64,000 nucleotides of DNA, taken from positions 1,891-65,890 of IMG/VR virus record IMGVR_UViG_3300046810_000370; one strand, 5' to 3'. The translations under genes were made by a program, and so were the position numbers. The stretch comes from a virus. Its lineage: Duplodnaviria > Caudoviricetes. Position 1 is the first letter of the stretch; each line of letters begins with the position of its first letter. Below, piece by piece: positions 56,753-64,000 of the stretch. The notes below the pieces were generated by a model. It was not told the origin of the DNA, ran no database searches, and saw nothing but the letters and a program-made list of their open reading frames with translations.

Positions 56753-58297
56753 TCAGGAAGTGGTCGTGGAGTCGGTGGCGGAGGAACCGCCGGAGAACTG
56801 GCCGATCTCGATGACGATGAACTCCGCCGGCGTCTGGAGGGCGACACCCACGGAGATGTTCACGACGCCATTCGCCACGGACGCGGGGGTGTTGTTCGTC
56901 GAGTCACAGACCACGAAGAACGCCTGGTCCGGGGTGGACCCGGCCAGCACACCCGTCTGCATCAGGGTGAGCAGGTACTGGGAGATAACGGCGTTGACCT
57001 GGTCCCACAGGATCTGGTCGTTGGGCTCGAACACCGCGAACCGGGTGCCATCCAGGAGGCCCTTCTTGATCAGCATCAGGGACCGTCGGACCGACACGTA
57101 CCGGTCCGGCATGCCGACGCTCAGGGTGCGGGCGCCGTAGATGACGAAGCCGGAGCCGGGCAGGGACTTGATGACGTTGATGCCCGCGACGTTCAGGGCG
57201 TCCTGGTCCGCGTTGGCGAACCGGAACTGCACGTCCAGGACACCGCGCAGGATGGTGTCGATACCGGCCGGTGGCTTCTGCACACCACGCGAGGCGTCCA
57301 TGCGGCTGTACTGACCGAGCACCGCGCCACCCGGAGGCAGCAGGCGGGCCGAGCCGGAGGCCGAGGTCGCCGGGTCGCTGACGATCAGCCAGGGGCCGTA
57401 GATCGCCGCGTGCGAGGACGCGCGTATCGCGGAGCCGCCCGTGGACATGCCCTGGAGGCTCAGCGCGTAGGAGTGCGCGGTGTCGGCGTTGGTCGCCTTC
57501 TGGCCGTCCACCACGACGAAGACCGTTCCTCGGTCCTCCGCCCACTGGATGATCGGGTTGATCACCGTGGCGTCCGTGATGCCTGGGACGTTGAGAACGA
57601 GGTTGTCCTCGACGATCTCCAGCCGCTGGGCCGCAGCGCTCAGGTCGATCTGGCCGACACCGTCCGCGCCACCGATCAGCGGCACACCCGTCTGCACGGC
57701 CGGAGCATGATTGGCAGCCCACGCGGTGAGCAGGAGGCTCTCGACCTGGACGAACGACGAACCGGTCACCGGGGAGTTGATGATCGCCGTCGCGTTGCGG
57801 GAGTCAGCCGGGTCCAGGGAGACGTCCGGGAAGCGCTCCTTGAGGAAGGCCGCCGTGGAGCCGCCGACGTACACGAACAGGTCGAAGCGGCCGGCGCCGG
57901 AGGTGCCTGCGACGATGTCGACGAAGACCGTGTTCCCCCACCCGCCCGGGGAGATGGCCTTGATCTTGAGGGTGTCCTTCGCGGTCGCCTCGGTGTCCTT
58001 CAGGGTGACGGAAGCCGCCACCGCGTCCGACGCCGCAGCGCGCACGATGTAGGCCGAGTTGCCGCCGTTGTTGAAGAACTCGTAGACGGCGAACGGGAGC
58101 AGGTCCGAGGTGTCGCCGAAGTCGCCGTAGGTGGCGACGTACTGCGAGTACGACGAGACCAGCGTGGGAGCGAGCGGGCCGCCCTGCTTGCAGGTGCCGA
58201 CGAACGCCGCGACGGACTCGCCGGGAGTCGTCGCCGTCTGCGCGAGCGGGGTGAGCGTCTCCCCGATGTAGACACCGGGCCGCTTGTAGACAGTCAT
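56753..58297 (-). CDS. tail sheath protein
   Basis: RPGVY, FFNNGG, YGARTL, YVSVRR, FEPN, PAEFI. Confidence 0.95.
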   Translation of the reverse strand: MTVYKRPGVYIGETLTPLAQTATTPGESVAAFVGTCKQGGPLAPTLVSSYSQYVATYGDFGDTSDLLPFAVYEFFNNGGNSAYIVRAAASDAVAASVTLKDTEATAKDTLKIKAISPGGWGNTVFVDIVAGTSGAGRFDLFVYVGGSTAAFLKERFPDVSLDPADSRNATAIINSPVTGSSFVQVESLLLTAWAANHAPAVQTGVPLIGGADGVGQIDLSAAAQRLEIVEDNLVLNVPGITDATVINPIIQWAEDRGTVFVVVDGQKATNADTAHSYALSLQGMSTGGSAIRASSHAAIYGPWLIVSDPATSASGSARLLPPGGAVLGQYSRMDASRGVQKPPAGIDTILRGVLDVQFRFANADQDALNVAGINVIKSLPGSGFVIYGARTLSVGMPDRYVSVRRSLMLIKKGLLDGTRFAVFEPNDQILWDQVNAVISQYLLTLMQTGVLAGSTPDQAFFVVCDSTNNTPASVANGVVNISVGVALQTPAEFIVIEIGQFSGGSSATDSTTTS

Positions 58298-58337
58298 CTG
58301 GGTATCTCCTGATTGGGTGATTTCCTGGGGCTACGAA

Positions 58338-58988
58338 TTAGTTTTCCGGTGTCTGTGGTGCAGTTACGTCTTCCATGTAGTACTCGAAGTCCAGCGCCAC
58401 GGTCTGAGCCTGCACGTAGCGTGCGACCGTCGCCGGGAGCATTTCGCTGGAGACAGAGATCAGGTATTCGCGGCGGAACAGCCGCTTTCCATCCGAGTCG
58501 CGGGTGTCGACCATCTCGGGACCACCGAGAAGGTCCAGGCGCCGCACAGTTCCGTCTTCGGGAATTTCCAGAAAGCCGAACCGGGCCGGCAGCCGGTCGC
58601 GCTGCGCGATCAGCGAAGCCAGCACGATGTCGTGCTCCGCGAGGCGAGTGAAGACGATGACCCGGTAGCGCAGGTCGTAAGGGATCGGGTACTCGACCAC
58701 GTACGGCGACTTGGTGACGTCGTAGGACGGGGAGTCCGGGTTCCACCACGGCTCGGTGCCTTCGGGAGCGTAGGGAAGCCGCACGTAGCCACGGTGTTCG
58801 CGCTCGTCGGCCTTCTCCATGCCCGCGTGCTCGATGACGATCAGCGGGAAGGTCTGCTGCGCCAGCTCGCTTTCCGGCACGCGGTAACGCACCGGGACAG
58901 GACGTCCAGCCGGTGCGTTCGCGTCAGTGACGGAGAGGCCCTGGAGTTTCGCCTTTACGGCGCGGTCCTCATTGATGAGCCATGGCAT
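58338..58988 (-). CDS. tail terminator/neck-like structural protein
   Basis: Position upstream of sheath. Confidence 0.55.
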   Translation of the reverse strand: MPWLINEDRAVKAKLQGLSVTDANAPAGRPVPVRYRVPESELAQQTFPLIVIEHAGMEKADEREHRGYVRLPYAPEGTEPWWNPDSPSYDVTKSPYVVEYPIPYDLRYRVIVFTRLAEHDIVLASLIAQRDRLPARFGFLEIPEDGTVRRLDLLGGPEMVDTRDSDGKRLFRREYLISVSSEMLPATVARYVQAQTVALDFEYYMEDVTAPQTPEN

Positions 58989-59067
58989 GCAGCGGGCCTC
59001 GCGGGATCTCAGAAATGCGGAAGTCTTCCGCCATTCAGGATCCCAAGAAAGCCGATGAAGTTTGTAG

Positions 59068-59586
59068 TCAGGACTTCTGGGACCAGCGCGCGAACTGCGC
59101 GTCGTTGACCAGCTCGTCCGGTTTCATCTGTACGCATTCCATGCCGACGATGATGTCCCTGTTCTGGATCTGCCCGAGGACAGAAATGGAGGACACCCGA
59201 AATACCGAGTCGTCGTAGACGATCCGGTCGGTCAGGTAGCGCTGATGGTCGATGTCCTGGTCGGAGAAACCCATCTTCCGCAGCGCATCGAACGACGCGG
59301 TGACGGAGAGGTTGTCGACCGAGTAGAGACCCTGGGTCGTGTCCTGCGCGGGGCCCTGGTTGTGTACGACGTGCAGGGCCGGGATCCGGTAGGGACCGAC
59401 GAAGATCCTCCCCTGGCCCGTGCCCTCGTCGTACAGATCGTCGCCGGCCGGGTCGGCGTGGGAGAAGCGGTAGTACTCCACCCGCTCGCCGACCTCCGTC
59501 TGACGCCCGCGCAGGGTCGCCATAATGTCCGTGGTCTCGTAGTTGGCGTTGAACCGGCCCTGGGTCTTCCAGTCGAGCCGGCCCAT
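59068..59586 (-). CDS. head-tail joining protein
   Basis: Position; DRIVY...FRV pattern. Confidence 0.55.
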   Translation of the reverse strand: MGRLDWKTQGRFNANYETTDIMATLRGRQTEVGERVEYYRFSHADPAGDDLYDEGTGQGRIFVGPYRIPALHVVHNQGPAQDTTQGLYSVDNLSVTASFDALRKMGFSDQDIDHQRYLTDRIVYDDSVFRVSSISVLGQIQNRDIIVGMECVQMKPDELVNDAQFARWSQKS

Positions 59587-60401
59587 CAGAAGCCCCATCC
59601 GCCGTAGATGGGCGAGGGCACCCCGGACTCGTCGTCGTTCTGGTGGCCGGGGCCGATGGGCGGGAGCACCCGCTGCGGCAGGGAGTGGTCGTCGTACTCG
59701 CGCTCGCGGAAGATGGGCACGAGCCGGCCGGTCGTACGCGAGACACGGCGGAGGTTGGTGACCTCGATCGAGTACAGGCCGACGCCCAACTTCTCGCACA
59801 GCGTCTTGTACCGCTCGGTGAGCATGCCGATCTGAGTCTGGATCTGAGCGAAGCGCTGGCCCCGGTCGACGGACGTGCCGTCGGAGGTCTGCACGTTGAT
59901 GTCGGTCGCCGCGTCCGTGGACAGTGCCCACATGGCTTCGGTCGTGGCCAGCAGGACGACCAGCGCGTCCTCCTCCGGCGGCAGGTTGTCGACGCCGACC
60001 GGTGCCTCGTCGTACCTGATGAAGCCGTTGCTGTCCTTGTACCGGGTGGAGATGGTCCGGCCCCGGTTGTGCTGGGCGACGGCGTCGTTGATGTAGATGT
60101 CCAACTCATCGTCGGAGAACAGGCCGTAGGACGCGCCGGACACCAGCAGCAGCGCATCGAGCGCCAGCGGCTGGGTCAGGTCGAGGATCCCGTTCAGTTC
60201 GTCCAGGACGAAGTCGGTGGGGGTGCTCAGCGTGGTCTGCGAGCCCCCCGAGATATGAAGCACTTCCACGCCGGTCACGTTGTTCGCGCTCAGTTCGTAC
60301 TGAACGACGTCCCCTGTGCCCCGGATGGTGTCGCGGAACGGCTGGAGCCGGTCGCCCAGCTCGCTGCGTACCCGCGTCCGCAGGTCTTCGAGAGTAGCCA
60401 T
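59586..60401 (-). CDS. head-tail adaptor-like protein
   Basis: LRTRVRSELGD...FSDDEL..Y pattern. Confidence 0.6.
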   Translation of the reverse strand: MATLEDLRTRVRSELGDRLQPFRDTIRGTGDVVQYELSANNVTGVEVLHISGGSQTTLSTPTDFVLDELNGILDLTQPLALDALLLVSGASYGLFSDDELDIYINDAVAQHNRGRTISTRYKDSNGFIRYDEAPVGVDNLPPEEDALVVLLATTEAMWALSTDAATDINVQTSDGTSVDRGQRFAQIQTQIGMLTERYKTLCEKLGVGLYSIEVTNLRRVSRTTGRLVPIFREREYDDHSLPQRVLPPIGPGHQNDDESGVPSPIYGGWGF

Positions 60402-60415
60402 GCCGCGACTTCCAA

Positions 60416-60838
60416 TCAGGCGTTCAGGGTGAGGGCGCCGGCCGCTATCTGAAGCGACTCGTTCGTGGCGGCCTGCAACGGGCCGTCGATGGGCCACGTG
60501 TAGATGATCTGGCCGGCCGTGCCGGAGACCGTGGTGACCAACGCGGCGAAGGACGCGGCGTCCGTCATGTCGACGGTGAACGGCCCGTAGAACAGCAGGG
60601 CGTTGTTGGCTGTGACCTTCGTGACGCCGGCCGGAGCCGTCCAGGTCACCTGCTGGCGCGCGTAACCGGCGGTCGTGATCTCCGACATCGTGGTCATGCT
60701 GGCCGCGCTGCCGTCCTCCGGCGTCGGGTCAGCAGTCAGCAGCGCCAGGTAGGAGGAACGCGGCGCGGTGTAGGCGACGGCCCGGCCGGTGAGGAAGTCC
60801 AGGGCATTCGCTGCCCAGACAGGGTTCGTACCGGCCAT
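60416..60838 (-). CDS. structural protein
   Basis: YLALLTADP...GYARQ motif common in virion proteins. Confidence 0.6.
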   Translation of the reverse strand: MAGTNPVWAANALDFLTGRAVAYTAPRSSYLALLTADPTPEDGSAASMTTMSEITTAGYARQQVTWTAPAGVTKVTANNALLFYGPFTVDMTDAASFAALVTTVSGTAGQIIYTWPIDGPLQAATNESLQIAAGALTLNA

Positions 60839-61143
60839 CAGGCATCAACCTTCTTGAACATGCGCAGGAAGTCGGAAAGGTGGAGCGAGAGGTGCCGTAC
60901 GGCCTTGCCGGGAGCGTGCGCACCCTCGTCGGTGATGACGTGGGTGTCGTGCTCGTGGGCCAGGAGCACCGAGTCTTCGCCTGCGTGGCCGATGCCAGCG
61001 GTGCCGACCGGGTGGACCTCGACGACGGACACCACGGAGCCGGTGGGAAGGTGACCCAGTCCGGCTCCGTGGCCCTCGGCGTTCTCCAGCACGTACGACT
61101 CACCCGGTGCGGGCGTGGTCTTCACGAGTGAAGTGGTCTTCAT
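60838..61143 (-). CDS. hypothetical protein
   Basis: 101 aa, AAGGAG RBS. Confidence 0.6.
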   Translation of the reverse strand: MKTTSLVKTTPAPGESYVLENAEGHGAGLGHLPTGSVVSVVEVHPVGTAGIGHAGEDSVLLAHEHDTHVITDEGAHAPGKAVRHLSLHLSDFLRMFKKVDA

Positions 61144-61164
61144 GAGTTAGGTCTCCTTGGACCG

Positions 61165-61542
61165 TCAGTGCCAGATGTAGCCGAGAGAGTCGAGGTGGTC
61201 GTACAGGGCCTTCGGGGCCCGGTAGCGCACGCCCTCCTCGAAGTCGAAGTGGTTGCCGTGGCCGTAGGTCATGTTCTCCAGCGAGGTGTTGACCCTGAAC
61301 TCGCGCATCGGGGTCTCGACCTCGACGGCGTCAGCGACCTCGACCGGGGCCGGGGCCGGCGCGGGAGCGGTGTCCCGGGGGACCACGTCGTGGACGGTCT
61401 CGTCACGGTCGGCCGCAGCGGCTGCGTTGATGAGCGAGATCTCGTTCTCCCGCTGCTTCAGTTCCTCGGCGTGCTCCTTGGCGAGGGCGGCCTTGTTGCG
61501 GCCGGTCAGATCACCGGGACGGGCGACGTTACGTGCAGGCAT
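61165..61542 (-). CDS. hypothetical protein
   Basis: 125 aa ORF after capsid. Confidence 0.65.
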   Translation of the reverse strand: MPARNVARPGDLTGRNKAALAKEHAEELKQRENEISLINAAAAADRDETVHDVVPRDTAPAPAPAPVEVADAVEVETPMREFRVNTSLENMTYGHGNHFDFEEGVRYRAPKALYDHLDSLGYIWH

Positions 61543-61597
61543 TTGTTTCTCCGGGTTCGGGACTCATGTATGTGAGGCGGTACTACTTTAACGAGGA

Positions 61598-61634
61598 AGG
61601 GGAGCGGTCCTGGTAATCCAGAAACCGCTCCCCT
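61598..61634. terminator. stem-loop downstream of capsid gene
   Basis: AGGGGAGCGGT...ACCGCTCCCCT. Confidence 0.7.
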
Positions 61635-61691
61635 AACCTTCAGGATCGCGTGACCGCGAATACCAACTAAGCCATCAGACAGGCTGAGAGA

Positions 61692-62678
61692 TTAGTTGGT
61701 CTCCGCGATCAAAACGGCCTGGTCCGTGATCAGGCCGAGGCCCCAGATCGCGTACCACGCGAGCGCGTGCTCTCGTCCGAAGTCGAGGATGCCGCCGTCC
61801 CGCAATTCCACCGGGAGGGAGATCGCGTGGCCGAACGCATTGTCGCCCAGGAAGATCGACTGGTACACCGTCTTGCTGGTGGCGTTGGTGACCTGCTTGA
61901 CCTGCGTGGTCTCGATGAAAACCACGTCGTTGAGGCGGCCGATTTCGCCGAGCATGAAATTGCCGGGGGCCGCGTACTTGGTGACCTCAATGAATTCGGG
62001 ATCATCGCGCAACTTGCGGCTCTGGTGCGGGTGAACGAAGCAGACATAGGTCTCGCCCAATCGCGGGACATTCTTCGTCGCCAACGTCTCGACCGCGTCC
62101 TTGACGAGCGCGGAAGTGAAGTGGAACGTGCCGTCCAGGGAATCCGTGGACGTGCCCGCAGTGCCCGAAGAGTAGACACCCATGCCGGTCTGCGCGCCGA
62201 CGGTGGCGTACTTGTTGTAACCCCAGATCTTCGAGGAGGCCTGGAGCAGGGTGTCCCTCGCGGACTGATCCAAGTAGAGAGCCATGTTGCGTCCGAGCAG
62301 GCGCGATGCGCTCGCCATGACGTCGTCGAAGGACGCGTTCAGGAGCAACTCGGAGACGGCGACGGCGTAGCCGTGCTCGGCCACGGTGATGGAGAACTGC
62401 GAGGCCGACAGAGCGTTGGTCTGCATCCGGACGCCTTCGACCAACTGCGAGGCGGCACCCAGGTTGTTGTAACGCATGAAGTTGATCGTCAGACCAGGCT
62501 GAACGCCCAACTCCGTCTTCTTCACAGCGAACTGTTCGAAGCGAAGAATCGGCATGGACTGGAACAAGATTTCCTTGCTCCAAATGGTCTGGATGGCCGC
62601 ACCGAGGGTGCTGTTGGCGCCCGAGTAGTTCGTCGGAGAAGCCGACAGGTTCGGGGTACCAGTGATCGCGCTTGGCAT
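61692..62678 (-). CDS. major capsid protein (N4-gp56-like family)
   Basis: LRFEQFA, TINFMRY, LVEG, HPHQ, GEIGRL..V.FIET. Confidence 0.9.
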   Translation of the reverse strand: MPSAITGTPNLSASPTNYSGANSTLGAAIQTIWSKEILFQSMPILRFEQFAVKKTELGVQPGLTINFMRYNNLGAASQLVEGVRMQTNALSASQFSITVAEHGYAVAVSELLLNASFDDVMASASRLLGRNMALYLDQSARDTLLQASSKIWGYNKYATVGAQTGMGVYSSGTAGTSTDSLDGTFHFTSALVKDAVETLATKNVPRLGETYVCFVHPHQSRKLRDDPEFIEVTKYAAPGNFMLGEIGRLNDVVFIETTQVKQVTNATSKTVYQSIFLGDNAFGHAISLPVELRDGGILDFGREHALAWYAIWGLGLITDQAVLIAETN

Positions 62679-62713
62679 ACTTGGATTTCCTTAGTTACGG
62701 GTACTCGACCGAA

Positions 62714-63577
62714 TTACGAGTACAGACCACGCTGGTTCTGGGCTGCCTGACCGACGCCCAACTGGCCCCGAATCTTGGCGTACTCCGACATCGGCATGTC
62801 GCGGAGGTCAGTAAGGGAGTACGACTTGTGTCCCGGATCAGAGTCCATAGGTCCGGTGGTGGAATAGCCGGTGGGGCTCACACCACGCATGGAGGCACGC
62901 TGCTGAATAGCGGCCTGCTGGACCGATTCCAGAATAGCGGCTGTCTTCGCCTTGGCTGTAGCGATGGAGTGCTCGACCTCGTCCGGCGTATTACCGGAAA
63001 CGTAGTCGAGAAGTTCGGGAGCGATATTCTCGTTCTCCTCGCCGACGCGCTTCTGGATGTACGTCTGGAGGTTGTTGAACTCCTGCTCCTTGGCGAACAG
63101 GGTGCGCTCCTGCTCCCGCTCGCGCTCGAACTGCTCGAAGCGGGAGGTCCACTCCTGCTCCTTCTGCGCGAGAAGGTCCTTCGCGGACATGTCCTGCTCG
63201 GCCAGCGAACGGGCCTGAGCCTCCACGTCCTTGAGGCGCTGCTCCTCGACGGCCTGCGCGGCCTCGCGGGCCTTGCGCTGCTCTTCGATCTCGGCGAGGA
63301 AGCGGTGGTTCTGCTCCTCGATCTTCGAGATCTTGCCGTACAACTTGTCCTTCTCTTCCTGCCGAGCGCGCGCGATGTCCTCGGCGGAGAACCGGGGTTC
63401 GGCAGGGGCCTGCGTGGCGGGCGGCTCGACGACAGCGGCCGGCACAACGATGACGGGATCGCCACCTTCACCGGGCTGCGGAGCACCACCTGCGATGGGG
63501 AAGATCGGACGGCCATCCTTGCGGTGGCCAAGTACGGTCTGAGCGGGCAGCGATATGCCCTGGGTATGAAGCGACAT
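62714..63577 (-). CDS. capsid scaffolding protein
   Basis: Coiled-coil, RQEEKDKLY; directly upstream of capsid; start MSLHT. Confidence 0.75.
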   Translation of the reverse strand: MSLHTQGISLPAQTVLGHRKDGRPIFPIAGGAPQPGEGGDPVIVVPAAVVEPPATQAPAEPRFSAEDIARARQEEKDKLYGKISKIEEQNHRFLAEIEEQRKAREAAQAVEEQRLKDVEAQARSLAEQDMSAKDLLAQKEQEWTSRFEQFEREREQERTLFAKEQEFNNLQTYIQKRVGEENENIAPELLDYVSGNTPDEVEHSIATAKAKTAAILESVQQAAIQQRASMRGVSPTGYSTTGPMDSDPGHKSYSLTDLRDMPMSEYAKIRGQLGVGQAAQNQRGLYS

Positions 63578-63590
63578 GCGCTTTCGACTC

Positions 63591-64000
63591 CTAGTCGGTC
63601 TGGGTGTCCGGGTCTCGGCGTAGTCCGGCCCGTGGGCCATACGCCTGTGTCACGATTTCGTTAGTCATTTTCTGAATCTCGGACGCGGAGACGGTGCCGA
63701 GGTCGACACCACCGGGAAGCGTCACCGGATTCGGACCCGCAGGCTGATTGACGGGGTTGCCATCCGCATCAGTTTGCGGTGCAGGCGCCTCCGCCCCTTC
63801 AGGCGGCATTCCCGTCAGTTGCAGAATAGTCGAATCGATCTGCGCCTTTAGCATTCGCAGTGCGCCCTGCTGCTTGGCGTCCTCGATCTGCTCCTCGAAG
63901 ATCTCGCGGACCTTCTCGTCCGGGAACTCCTCGCCCAAGTCGTGGAGGGCTCCGCGCATGGACTCAAGGCCCATGGACATCTTCGCCTGGATCTCGTTCA
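63591..64000 (-). CDS. portal protein C-terminus (partial)
   Basis: MGLESMRGAL..LGE; position upstream of scaffold; 5' end beyond window. Confidence 0.6.
   Translation of the reverse strand, partial: NEIQAKMSMGLESMRGALHDLGEEFPDEKVREIFEEQIEDAKQQGALRMLKAQIDSTILQLTGMPPEGAEAPAPQTDADGNPVNQPAGPNPVTLPGGVDLGTVSASEIQKMTNEIVTQAYGPRAGLRRDPDTQTD

Larger units (their letters stand above)
3435..63571 (-). repeat. dispersed in-frame motif CTTCATAYY (34 copies)
   Basis: Plus-strand RRTATGAAG starting at 3435, 5762, 7542, 9122, 10087, 10722, 11995, 15495, 17462, 20699, 21886, 22932, 23775, 24673, 27236, 28018, 28760, 29680, 32231, 32602, 34444, 35177, 35955, 37165, 37556, 39144, 49339, 52069, 52242, 56129, 60252, 63563; variants at 4955 (CTTCATATG) and 20258 (CTTCATGCC). 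Confidence 0.95.

Noticed and set aside
56187-58297. Extracellular contractile injection system (eCIS)
   Set aside because: Capsid, scaffold, portal and full replication genes show this is a phage
3435-63571. Motif as CRISPR repeat or classical operator/stoperator
   Set aside because: Only 9-10 nt, dispersed with no spacer periodicity, non-palindromic; strict frame locking is not expected for a DNA site, although not formally excluded
361-63664. Many long plus-strand ORFs (e.g. 25076-27442, 45835-48513, 51882-55172)
   Set aside because: Antisense shadows of GC3-rich minus-strand genes with no recognisable motifs; the recurring 'GMK' in them is just the reverse complement of the CTTCATACC motif
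1-64000. tRNA genes, integrase or immunity repressor
   Set aside because: None recognised in this window, so lifestyle cannot be determined here

Overview
A GC-rich 64 kb segment of a large contractile-tailed (myovirus-type) actinobacterial phage or prophage, probably Streptomyces-like (inferred from WhiB, TIGR04338/DUF2786, HrdB-type promoters and GC content). Every credible gene lies on the minus strand. Reading right to left: portal C-terminus, scaffold, major capsid, head-tail proteins, sheath, tube, chaperone, tape measure and baseplate/tail fibre; holin-like genes; a replication block (initiator, DnaC-like loader, DnaB, primase, SNF2, SSB, PolA, class II RNR, RecA, WhiB, exonuclease, RNA ligase, ThyX, dNMP kinase, Endo VII); then SpoVS, endolysin, a TGT-like/ParB-like/nucleotidyltransferase cluster and small promoter-driven accessory genes. 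The most striking feature is a 9-nt motif, CTTCATAYY on the coding strand, counted by eye 34 times (32 strict, 2 near variants). It is always sense-oriented and always in frame as CTT-CAT-AYY (Leu-His-Thr/Ile), usually once per gene. The three apparently intergenic copies lie in frame inside tiny leader ORFs whose stop codons overlap the starts of recA, the replication initiator and a tail gene. This points to a genome-wide, translation-dependent control system. A DUF4258-like (RelE/BrnT-fold) small gene with its own promoter and its own motif copy is a candidate effector, by inference only. Product calls are from motif recognition, not database searches. Several start codons were re-picked by eye.
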